In this document: one piece after another, positions 1 to 8,224 of the stretch
Numbering within the stretch: position 1 is the first letter of the stretch
How the letters are laid out: the number at the start of each line of letters is the position of its first letter
From: Candidatus Iainarchaeum sp.
GTDB lineage: Archaea; Iainarchaeota; Iainarchaeia; Iainarchaeales; CSSED10-239
NCBI GenBank assembly: GCA_028700115.1
Contig: JAQVTI010000018.1
Span: 1-10,838, forward strand
Reading direction: 5' to 3'
DNA length: 10,838 nt
Program-made: the position numbers and the translations under genes
Notes under the pieces: generated by a model
Told to the model about the DNA's origin: nothing
The model's input: only the letters and a program-made list of their open reading frames with translations
Database searches by the model: none

Positions 1-2
1 AC

Positions 3-134
3 ACAATCACTAACCTTAACTTTACAGGAAACGCTAGTGAGATGTTTAAGACACTTGAGATGTCAAAAGAAAGAAGGTTCTTTGGTTCAGCTCTTGTTCC
101 TGAGATGGTTATTCCTAAGGTTAAGTTGATTTAG
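3..134 (+). CDS. 3' end of an unidentified protein (partial, starts before the window)
   Basis: Frame 3 is open from the window edge to TAG at 132-134: ...ITNLNFTGNASEMFKTLEMSKERRFFGSALVPEMVIPKVKLI*. It abuts the ATG at 135 directly. No family recognised. Confidence 0.5.
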   Translation, partial: TITNLNFTGNASEMFKTLEMSKERRFFGSALVPEMVIPKVKLI

Positions 135-992
135 ATGAATTCTTTCATAATTAAGTTTATTAGTTTTATTAAAGGAATAACTATAACTCCTGTTGATGAT
201 AAAGTCATAAGATTAACTAAGAAAGAAAAAGAACTGATTTTAAGAAAAAGCATTTTAGGCAAATGCATCTTGAATTTTGAAAAAGTTTTTAAATATTCTA
301 AAGACAACAAGATAAACTTAACTAAAAAATATTTTGAAATTAATTTTTCTGGAAAAACAATTACCACTGACTTTGAACAAGTTAAAGAGATTGATGACGC
401 CATCCTTAAATATAATATTTATTATAAACTTAAAAGTGGAGACATTGTCTTTGACCTTGGAGGATATCACGGAGTTTATTCCCTTTGGGCAAGCACCCTT
501 GTTGGTCCTTTAGGAAAAGTTTATTGCTTTGAACCAGACCCAATTAACTTTGAGATATTGAAAGAGAATATTGAAAAAAATAATATTACTAATATAATTT
601 TAATCAATAAAGCCATCTCAAACAAAAACCAAACACAACGATTTTTTATAAGAGGGCATGGATCCAGAATTGTTGATGAAGCATTTAAAACAAACACCAA
701 AGGTGCTCTTTGCACCATCCCTTCCATTCCTCTTTCTCAGTTTATTAAAGAAAAGAATATAACAAAAATTGACTTTATCAAAGCAGACATTGAAGGAGCA
801 GAGATTGAATTTGTTGATGACTATCTAAAGAACATCTTGCCACTTGGTATAACGCCACACCTAGCAATTGCCAGTTATCACTACCGAAAAGACCTTGGCA
901 CTAACACCAGTAAGCAAATTGCAAAAGAATTTAAAAAGAACGGAATAAAAGTTAATATAGGAAATAAGAAACACGAATGTGTTTTTGTTTAA
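135..992 (+). CDS. FkbM-family SAM-dependent methyltransferase
   Basis: 285 aa. SAM-binding motif VFDLGGYHGVYSLWAS, then GKVYCFEPDPINFEILKENIEKNN and the FkbM-type IDFIKADIEGAEIEFVDD, with C-terminal HLAIASYHYR. Confidence 0.88.
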   Translation: MNSFIIKFISFIKGITITPVDDKVIRLTKKEKELILRKSILGKCILNFEKVFKYSKDNKINLTKKYFEINFSGKTITTDFEQVKEIDDAILKYNIYYKLKSGDIVFDLGGYHGVYSLWASTLVGPLGKVYCFEPDPINFEILKENIEKNNITNIILINKAISNKNQTQRFFIRGHGSRIVDEAFKTNTKGALCTIPSIPLSQFIKEKNITKIDFIKADIEGAEIEFVDDYLKNILPLGITPHLAIASYHYRKDLGTNTSKQIAKEFKKNGIKVNIGNKKHECVFV

Positions 993-1035
993 ATCAATAC
1001 ATTTCTTAAATTAAATATTAATTCTCTTTATAATA

Positions 1036-2139
1036 TTATAATACCCCACAACATCTACTACATGCTGGGAAAGCTCCACCAACTTTATTTAATTCTTTTC
1101 TAAAATGCTTATATTTCTGTCCATTCCAGATTTCATTTAAATTTTGTTTTAATATATTGCCTAAAACCATATCAAAACAACGAGTCATAACAATACAATC
1201 CCCATTAGATTGTATTTGCATAGCGACCCAAGGAATTAAACATTTTTTTTTAGATATAAATTTAGCAGTAAAATAATAGCCTGAGATTTTTTCTTTAGTA
1301 AATAATTCAGGAGTAAAACTAATTTTTTTGTATTTTCTAGCAAAATTGATATTCTCTAATAATTCATCAACATTAATTTCGTTTAGATCTATCCCTTTTA
1401 TACATGTGGGAGTTGCAATACAAATATTTGAATATCTTTTATTGTGTGTGTTTGCCATATCCTCAGTAATATAATTTATGTGAGAAAATGAAATGTGTTC
1501 AATTTCAGATATAAAGTCTAGTCCGTCTAAAAACAATTTTATTTGATTATAATTTTCAGGAGTAATTGTATAATTTATATTAATTTTTGGATAATTTAAC
1601 TGGTTTTTATTTTTTAAATCAATTAATTCTCTAATTCCGGATACTGCATTTTCATAAGAATTTGCAACCCCCCTCTGTAAATTGTGAATTTTAGGTGGAC
1701 CATCTAATGAAATCCAAATTTCATCTAATTTGTTATCTAAAAACAATTTAGCGAAATTCTTCAATAGAAATCCGTTTGTTGTTATAGAACAGCTCAAACC
1801 AGAACATTTTATCTCTCTTATTATATCAACTATTTGAGGGTGCAGGGTTGGTTCGGTAGATATTATAGAAATTTTAGGATCAAAACTTTTTACTTTATAA
1901 CAAATTTGTTTTATATCTTCTAAAGATAATTGCGCTTTTTTATTCATATTACTATAAAATTGACTGTCTGTTTTTTGACCAAAATCGCACATTTTACATT
2001 TTAGATTACAAACGCTATTTATCGTTAAATATATAGTTTTAGGCATTGAAAAACAAAACCCATTTTTATTCAAATAAGAACATTTATATTTTATGCTATT
2101 TATAAATTTTGTTAAAGTAATTTTTCTAAATATATTCAT
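1036..2139 (-). CDS. Radical SAM protein with C-terminal SPASM-like cysteine region
   Basis: 367 aa. CNLKCKMC (CxxxCxxC) Fe-S motif, STEPTLHP in the GGEP position, ITTNG and WISLDGP core strands, and a C-terminal cysteine-rich region C-LIPW..NGDCIVMTRCFDMVLGNILKQNLNEIW...CSRCCGVL typical of SPASM/twitch proteins. Confidence 0.9.
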   Translation of the reverse strand: MNIFRKITLTKFINSIKYKCSYLNKNGFCFSMPKTIYLTINSVCNLKCKMCDFGQKTDSQFYSNMNKKAQLSLEDIKQICYKVKSFDPKISIISTEPTLHPQIVDIIREIKCSGLSCSITTNGFLLKNFAKLFLDNKLDEIWISLDGPPKIHNLQRGVANSYENAVSGIRELIDLKNKNQLNYPKININYTITPENYNQIKLFLDGLDFISEIEHISFSHINYITEDMANTHNKRYSNICIATPTCIKGIDLNEINVDELLENINFARKYKKISFTPELFTKEKISGYYFTAKFISKKKCLIPWVAMQIQSNGDCIVMTRCFDMVLGNILKQNLNEIWNGQKYKHFRKELNKVGGAFPACSRCCGVL

Positions 2140-2171
2140 AATAAGTATAAAATTCCAAAATATTTAAAGGG

Positions 2172-3233
2172 TTATGCTTTTAATGCACTTAATTCTAATT
2201 TTTGGGAATTAAATTCTAAATCAAATAAATCAAATAAATTTAATTTATCCTCTAATTTTTTTAGAATTGGTTGTAATGTTTTATTTTTAGATAAATAAAG
2301 AAGCGATTTTAATTGTACAATAATTAAATCATTATACATTCTTGAATTTAATATTCTTGCAGCGCCTAATCCGTGATAGGTCCATTTTTCTTTATATATA
2401 AAAATTGTTCGATTTTTTATAAATGAATTAACATATTTTTTAAACAAATTTAAATATTTTTTTTCTCTAGTTATAGAATACAGGTCATAAATAGCTAAAA
2501 CCGAAAACAAATACCCATCTAATATTATGCTTGGATTTTTTGTAGGATATTCTTCAATAAAACAAAAATTATTATATTTTCTGCTCAGACCACCTTTTTT
2601 AATATCTAAAAACATTATACGCCCTAATTTTATAGCCAACTCTTTATATTTTTCGTCGTTCTTTATTAAGTAATATCTTAAAAAAAAACTTATTAAAATC
2701 CCTTGAGCTAATCCAGAAATCCACGGTTTATTTATATTTTCAGACCCTAATTTCCAATTAAAATCATAATATATTTTTGCACTATCATTTTCAATTTTTA
2801 TATTTTTAATTAACCAAATTATTTGTTTGTCTGCAACATCTAAATATTTTTTATCATTCTTTAATACATATTTGTTTAAATTTTGCAAACCAAACCAAGC
2901 AACATATGCTGGATTATATTTTAAACCAATATTGCAATAATTATTTATGGCAACACCATTTGAATCAATTATTAAATTATCTAAAAATAGCTTTTCACTT
3001 TCAATATAATATAATCGCCTATCTTTTATTGATTTATTATTAAAATATACAGGATAACGTTTTATCCAACGATTAATTCTGAACCTTAAAATGACAAAAG
3101 TCAAAATAATTAATCCCGTTAAAAATAAATAAAAATTAATAAATAATAAACTAATCAAGATAATAAGACAAACAATTACTAAATATTTGTGCTTATTTAA
3201 AAAACGCATCATTTTTAAAATATAATATAACAT
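2172..3233 (-). CDS. Membrane-anchored D-glucuronyl C5-epimerase family protein (GLCE C-terminal domain-like)
   Basis: 353 aa. N-terminal hydrophobic segment YLVIVCLIILISLLFINFYLFLTGLIILTFVIL. Epimerase-like landmarks: KPWISGLAQGILISFFLRYYLIKNDEKYKELA, GGLSRKY..FCFIEEYPTKNPSIILDGYLFSVLAIYDLY (compare EEYPTxPxxxVLNGFxxxLxGLYDL) and MYNDLIIVQLKSLLYLS (compare YHxxHIxQLxxL). Confidence 0.82.
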   Translation of the reverse strand: MLYYILKMMRFLNKHKYLVIVCLIILISLLFINFYLFLTGLIILTFVILRFRINRWIKRYPVYFNNKSIKDRRLYYIESEKLFLDNLIIDSNGVAINNYCNIGLKYNPAYVAWFGLQNLNKYVLKNDKKYLDVADKQIIWLIKNIKIENDSAKIYYDFNWKLGSENINKPWISGLAQGILISFFLRYYLIKNDEKYKELAIKLGRIMFLDIKKGGLSRKYNNFCFIEEYPTKNPSIILDGYLFSVLAIYDLYSITREKKYLNLFKKYVNSFIKNRTIFIYKEKWTYHGLGAARILNSRMYNDLIIVQLKSLLYLSKNKTLQPILKKLEDKLNLFDLFDLEFNSQKLELSALKA

Positions 3234-3272
3234 AATTTTTAACCTCTCATTAAATCACTATTTTTAACATAA

Positions 3273-4400
3273 CTATTTTATTATTATATTTTCGTATTTT
3301 TTACTGAGTTCTTTCCAATCATATTTAAATATATATTTTTTAATCCTGTTTTTATTTAATAAATCTTTATTTTTATAAACTTCTTTTAATATATTAGATA
3401 ACTCTAATACACTTAAACCTACAAAACCAAGATTTTTTTCTGCAATTTCATTATATAAAGAAGATCCCTTAACAGTATATGCTAAAACGGGTTTATTCAA
3501 TCCTAAATATATATAAAATTTACCTCCTACTGCATTATAAATTGAATTTCCAATATATAATAAATCACAATCACTTAATATTTCATTAGTTTTATCAAAC
3601 GGCACAAAACCAAAAAAATTTGAATTAATATTTAATTTTGTTGCCAAAAGTTTGTATTTTTTATATCTTTGCCCGCAAGCAAAAAACTCTGTTTCTTTCT
3701 TAATTTTTTTTGGCAATAAATTTATTGCAGATAGTAATTTATCTACTTCCTGATACTTTAAAAAACTACCCGCATATCCTATTTTTAATTTTTTTTCTTC
3801 TTTATTTTTCTTTTTTATCTTAAAATAATTTAAATCTACTCCGTTTTCAATAATTTTTATATCCCCGTCATATTTTGTTTCTAATTTAATAACATCAGCA
3901 CATTCTTTAGTAACAGTTATAACTGCTTTCGCTTTTTCTAGTATTCTTTTTTGTGATTGTTTTTCTATTTTAGATTTTGTAATCCAGGGGTCTCTATAAT
4001 CTAAAATATAAGGGGTGTTATATTTGTCTAATAAATATTCTGCCAAATAGAAAGCATCCCATGTCGGTCCACTAGCGATAATTAAATCGAAATGCTTAAA
4101 TAAATTTTCATTTTTTATGATTTCTTTTTTTCCAGACATATAATAAAAAGAATTTCTATTTAATATTTTTATTTTATTTAGCAAAGACAGAAGTATGTTG
4201 TCCTGAACATTAAAATAAATCTTATTCACAAAATCTGTGTATAAATAATCGTCTTTTGGATAATTTTTTAATAATCTATCGTTTTTTCTAGTAAATACAA
4301 AAACATCGTGATTATTAGAGAAATATTTAGAAATGTAATAAATTCTATTGCCTGAAACAACAAAGGGAGGGTACCTTTCAGTTATAAATAAGATTCTCAT
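3273..4400 (-). CDS. Glycosyltransferase, GT4/GT-B fold
   Basis: MRILFITERYPPFVVSGNRIYYISKYF, DLIIASGPTWDAFYLAEYL..PYILDYRDPW, KIGYAGSFLKYQEVDKLLSAI, LYIGNS..GGKFYIYLGLNKPVLAYT. The ORF track starts at a GTG at 4409; the ATG at 4398-4400 overlaps the upstream stop (ATGA) and fits the family N-terminus better. Confidence 0.82.
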   Translation of the reverse strand: MRILFITERYPPFVVSGNRIYYISKYFSNNHDVFVFTRKNDRLLKNYPKDDYLYTDFVNKIYFNVQDNILLSLLNKIKILNRNSFYYMSGKKEIIKNENLFKHFDLIIASGPTWDAFYLAEYLLDKYNTPYILDYRDPWITKSKIEKQSQKRILEKAKAVITVTKECADVIKLETKYDGDIKIIENGVDLNYFKIKKKNKEEKKLKIGYAGSFLKYQEVDKLLSAINLLPKKIKKETEFFACGQRYKKYKLLATKLNINSNFFGFVPFDKTNEILSDCDLLYIGNSIYNAVGGKFYIYLGLNKPVLAYTVKGSSLYNEIAEKNLGFVGLSVLELSNILKEVYKNKDLLNKNRIKKYIFKYDWKELSKKYENIIIK

Positions 4401-5578
4401 GTCAAACACTCCAACAAAATTTGATGTAAAACAAAGGATATTTCTTTTAAAGAATATTTTTTTGAAAATGCAATTATTTTTTTCCTATTCCATTTTTTAT
4501 TTAATGCAATACCAATTGCATTTGCTAATTCTTCTGTATCGTTTGGATCTTTAACAAGTAATCCCACATCTTTTGATGTAATAATTTCTTCACTTCCTCC
4601 ATTTATTGTTGCAACAACGGGCACGCCACAAGCCATTGCTTCTATTTGAACAATCCCGAAGCTTTCTTCAAAACTCGGCAAAACTAATATTTTAGATTTA
4701 TTTAAAATAACTTTAATTTCTTTTGGTTTTTTTGATCCTAATAGTCTAACAGAATCATTTAATTTTAATCTATTTATTTCTTGGCAAATTTTATTTTTAT
4801 CTGCCCCCTCTCCTACAATATCTAACTTAATTCCGGGATTTTTTTTAAGTAATATGTAAAATGCATTAATTAAATTAATTTGATTTTTTTCTCTTATTAC
4901 TAAATTACCTATCGAAACTATTGTTTTCTCTTTTATATTTTGATATTTTTGATATTTAAAAATATCTTGGTCAAAACCATTTGGAATATGTATTGTGTCC
5001 GTATTGTATTTTTTTAATTTCGGAACGTCCTTTTTATTTACCCTTATTATAGTTTTTGCACCTTTCCATGCATTTATAAAATCAATATTGCTTTGTAAAA
5101 TCTCTTTTTCTAACCAAATCGGTCCTTCATGAACGGTTAGAATATATGGGACATCATATTCTTTGCTTATTTTATTTGCAACAACGCCACAGGGCTTAGT
5201 AAAGTGCGCATGTATTATATCAAAAACTAATGAATTGTTTTTAATTGTCTTTATTGCAGATTCCAAAAATAAAACGTTTTTGTGATTCTGATAATATTTA
5301 GAAAATGGTGGTGTTAAAAATTTTGGAAAAAACACACTTATATTTTTTTCAGAATAGTTTTCTAATTTTGAGGAATTTGTGAATTTTTTTGGTAAGAATT
5401 TTAGATTTTTAAAAATTTTAGGAAAATAAGGTATGGGAGAAATAACAAAAACCTTATTAAAATGTGGAGCAATGTGTTTTAATTGATTTTTTACAAAAAT
5501 ATTATTATATATGCTATTGTCTTTTGAAGGATAACCATCACAAATTACTAATAAGTTTTTTTCTTTTAAATTAACCAT
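4397..5578 (-). CDS. Glycosyltransferase family 4 (group 1)
   Basis: 393 aa. VVSIGNLVIREKNQINLINAF, KLDIVGEGADKNKI, VRLLGSKKPKEI, and the GT4 motif LVLPSFEESFGIVQIEAMACGVPVVATINGGSEEII, LLVKDPND. Confidence 0.95.
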   Translation of the reverse strand: MVNLKEKNLLVICDGYPSKDNSIYNNIFVKNQLKHIAPHFNKVFVISPIPYFPKIFKNLKFLPKKFTNSSKLENYSEKNISVFFPKFLTPPFSKYYQNHKNVLFLESAIKTIKNNSLVFDIIHAHFTKPCGVVANKISKEYDVPYILTVHEGPIWLEKEILQSNIDFINAWKGAKTIIRVNKKDVPKLKKYNTDTIHIPNGFDQDIFKYQKYQNIKEKTIVSIGNLVIREKNQINLINAFYILLKKNPGIKLDIVGEGADKNKICQEINRLKLNDSVRLLGSKKPKEIKVILNKSKILVLPSFEESFGIVQIEAMACGVPVVATINGGSEEIITSKDVGLLVKDPNDTEELANAIGIALNKKWNRKKIIAFSKKYSLKEISFVLHQILLECLT

Positions 5579-5580
5579 AT

Positions 5581-5614
5581 ATATTATTATTAATGTTATA
5601 TTATTATTAATGTT
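5581..5614. repeat. Perfect tandem duplication of a 17-nt unit (ATATTATTATTAATGTT x2)
   Basis: 5581-5597 and 5598-5614 are identical, just upstream of the start codon of the minus-strand GT4 gene (5578). Confidence 0.85.
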
Positions 5615-5746
5615 ATATTTTTATATGCTTTTGAAAATAACAAGGATATTTACCTTAAAGTTGTCAATTCTAATCAAATTATATAAAAAACAATATAGAT
5701 AACTATATAAACATAATTTAATAAAATTAATATACTGGCATAGCAA

Positions 5747-5752
5747 AAGGAG
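5747..5752 (+). promoter_or_regulatory. Candidate Shine-Dalgarno sequence AAGGAG for the methyltransferase at 5761
   Basis: aaggag followed by 8 nt (acaaactt) before the ATG at 5761. Confidence 0.55.
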
Positions 5753-5760
5753 ACAAACTT

Positions 5761-6450
5761 ATGAATAAATTAAAAGAAAAACTTAAAAAAACACAAATTG
5801 GCAATTTAGCTAGAATAATTATTGGAAAATTAAAAATAAAAAATTCCAAAACCTATTGGGAAAATTTGTATTTAAATAATGGCAATTCCGGATCTGGGTC
5901 TTATGGGAAATTGGCACAATTTAAAGCAGATATAATAAATGATTTTATTAAAAATGAAAAAATTACAGAAATGTTAGAATTCGGTTGTGGAGATGGGAAT
6001 CAATTAAAAATGTTTAAAATAAAAAAATATATTGGATTAGATGTATCTGAAACAATTATTAAAAAATGTATTGACAAATATAAAAACGATAAAAATAAAT
6101 CTTTTTTTATTTATAATCCCTTTTGTTTTTCAGATAAAATTAACAAATTATCTACAGAATTAACGGTTTCTTTAGATGTCCTTTATCATTTATTAGAATA
6201 CGATACATTCCAAAAATATTTAACTGATTTATTTAAAACCTCTAAGAAATATGTAATTATTTACTCTAGCAATTATGATGACATACAAATTGCTCACGAA
6301 AAAAGACGAAATTTCACATCTTGGATTGAACAAAATATAGCCGATTTTAAATTAATTAAAATAATAAATAATAAATATCCTTATGATCCTAATAATCCAG
6401 ATTACACTTCTTTATCGGATTTCTATATTTATAAAAAAATAAAAAAATAA
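5761..6450 (+). CDS. Class I SAM-dependent methyltransferase
   Basis: 229 aa. YWENLYLNNGNSGSGSYGKLAQFKADIINDFI, then SAM motif I EMLEFGCGDGNQL, KYIGLDVSETII, and SLDVLYHLLEYDTF. Confidence 0.85.
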   Translation: MNKLKEKLKKTQIGNLARIIIGKLKIKNSKTYWENLYLNNGNSGSGSYGKLAQFKADIINDFIKNEKITEMLEFGCGDGNQLKMFKIKKYIGLDVSETIIKKCIDKYKNDKNKSFFIYNPFCFSDKINKLSTELTVSLDVLYHLLEYDTFQKYLTDLFKTSKKYVIIYSSNYDDIQIAHEKRRNFTSWIEQNIADFKLIKIINNKYPYDPNNPDYTSLSDFYIYKKIKK

Positions 6451-6457
6451 TATTTAT

Positions 6458-8224
6458 ATGTGCGGAATAAATGGAATTACTTTTCGAGATGAAAAGATTA
6501 TTAAATTAATGAATAATACTCTTAAACATAGAGGGCCTGATGCGCTAGAATATAGGTTGTTTCCAAAATTGTCTCTTGGGCATGCAAGATTATCTATTAT
6601 TGATCTAACTTCAGCTGGAAATCAACCAATGATTAAATTTGGATACACGATTGTGTTTAATGGAGAAATCTATAATTATCTTGAACTTAAAGAAGAACTA
6701 ATTAAGAAAGGATATAAGTTTACTACTAAAACAGACACCGAAGTGATTTTAGCAGCCTATAATTTGTGGGGCAAAAATTGTTTGAACAAATTTAATGGAA
6801 TGTGGGCTTTTGCAATATACAATGATAAAGAAAAAGAATTATTTCTATCAAGAGATAGATTTGGAGTTAAACCACTATATTATTCTACAAATAACAAAAA
6901 TTTAGCATTCTCTTCAGAAATAAAACCATTATTAAAAATAGGCATTTCACGAAAACCAAATGAAAAAATAATTGCTTCTTATTTACAATATGGATTAATT
7001 GACTATAATAACGAAACCTTTTTTGAAAATATATATACTTTAGAACCAGGGCATTATGCAATTTGGAATTTTACAAATAAAAAGCTAACCATTAAACAAT
7101 ATTATGAACTTAAAAATAATAAAATTGAAATTTCAGAAACAAACGCAACAACTAAAATCAAAGAAATATTAGAAGATTCTATTAAATTAAGATTTAGAAG
7201 CGATGTTGAAGTTGGCTGTTGTTTATCTGGAGGATTAGATTCATCTACAATTGTTGGAGTTTCTGATAAATTATTTCATAATTCTAAACTTAAAACCTTT
7301 TCTGCAGTTTTTCCTGGATCTAAAATAAACGAAGAAAGATATATAGATTTAGTAACTAAAGAAAAAAAAGTGAAGAACTTTAAAACTAAACCTAAAAATA
7401 CAGATTTATTAAAAGATATCGATGACTTAATTTATTGCCAAGAAGAACCATTTGGTTCAACAAGTATATATGCACAATACAGGGTAATGAAATTAGTTAA
7501 GGAAACTGGAGTTAAAGTTCTATTAGATGGGCAAGGAGCCGATGAATTGTTTATTGGATATCACTCTTATTTTAATAGTTATATTCAACAACTACTAAAA
7601 GATAAGAAATATGCCGAAATTGTAACAAGTACTCTATTTTGGAAATATCTTTTGTTTTATTTAAAATCTAATCCCAGAAAGATTTTTAATAAAATAATCA
7701 AATATAAGAAAAGCAAAATATATAATTTAGATTATCCAAAAATAGAAATGCCTAAATATATTGACGATTATGCGTTATTAGCTATGAAAACAAGCTTACG
7801 ATCTTTACTTAAGTGGGAAGATAAAGACTCTATGAGTTTTTCTATTGAGTCTAGAGTTCCATTTTTAGATTATAGACTAGTAGAATCTGCTTTTAGTTTA
7901 CCTTATTCTTATAAAATTAAAAATTTCCAAACCAAATATATTTTTAGAAAAGCAATAAATGAGTATATTCCTGAAGAAATTATAGATCGAAAAGACAAGA
8001 TCGGATTTGCAACGCCAGAAAATGATTGGTTTAAAAGTAAAGAATTTACTGACTTTATAGAAAAGATTATTGAAAGTAAATCATTTAAGGATCGAAAATA
8101 TTGGAACTATATTGAAGTAAGAAAAATGGTTGACCAGAAAAATAAAGACTACTATAGAAATATTTGGAAGATAATTAATACTGAGTTGTGGTTAAGAACA
8201 TTTATTGACCCTTTAACTTTTTAA
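6458..8224 (+). CDS. asnB: Asparagine synthase (glutamine-hydrolysing)-type amidotransferase
   Basis: 588 aa. N-terminal MCGINGI with catalytic Cys2, LKHRGPDA, LGHARLSIIDL, VFNGEIYNYLEL, DRFGVKPLYY; ATP-pyrophosphatase motif CCLSGGLDSSTIVG; LLDGQGADELFIGY; SIESRVPFLDYRLVE. Confidence 0.96.
   Translation: MCGINGITFRDEKIIKLMNNTLKHRGPDALEYRLFPKLSLGHARLSIIDLTSAGNQPMIKFGYTIVFNGEIYNYLELKEELIKKGYKFTTKTDTEVILAAYNLWGKNCLNKFNGMWAFAIYNDKEKELFLSRDRFGVKPLYYSTNNKNLAFSSEIKPLLKIGISRKPNEKIIASYLQYGLIDYNNETFFENIYTLEPGHYAIWNFTNKKLTIKQYYELKNNKIEISETNATTKIKEILEDSIKLRFRSDVEVGCCLSGGLDSSTIVGVSDKLFHNSKLKTFSAVFPGSKINEERYIDLVTKEKKVKNFKTKPKNTDLLKDIDDLIYCQEEPFGSTSIYAQYRVMKLVKETGVKVLLDGQGADELFIGYHSYFNSYIQQLLKDKKYAEIVTSTLFWKYLLFYLKSNPRKIFNKIIKYKKSKIYNLDYPKIEMPKYIDDYALLAMKTSLRSLLKWEDKDSMSFSIESRVPFLDYRLVESAFSLPYSYKIKNFQTKYIFRKAINEYIPEEIIDRKDKIGFATPENDWFKSKEFTDFIEKIIESKSFKDRKYWNYIEVRKMVDQKNKDYYRNIWKIINTELWLRTFIDPLTF

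Noticed and set aside
131-403. Minus-strand ORF of 90 aa
   Set aside because: Fully antisense to the well-supported FkbM gene; no recognisable motifs.
521-727. Minus-strand ORF of 68 aa
   Set aside because: Antisense to the FkbM SAM-binding/core region; the sequence looks like reverse-complement coding artefact.
1009-1023. AT-only palindrome aattaa-ata-ttaatt between convergent genes, considered as a bidirectional terminator
   Set aside because: Short arms made only of A/T pairs; too weak and too likely by chance to call as a terminator.
1036-2139. Radical SAM/SPASM gene as part of a RiPP peptide-modification system
   Set aside because: No adjacent small precursor ORF, protease or peptide exporter; neighbours are all glycan enzymes.
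4348-4554. Plus-strand ORF of 68 aa
   Set aside because: Antisense to two overlapping GT genes with strong motif support.
5625-5702. Possible 25-aa basic/hydrophobic peptide MLLKITRIFTLKLSILIKLYKKQYR in the divergent intergenic region
   Set aside because: No ribosome binding site, and its start overlaps the putative TATA-like element. Short ORFs are expected by chance in AT-rich DNA.
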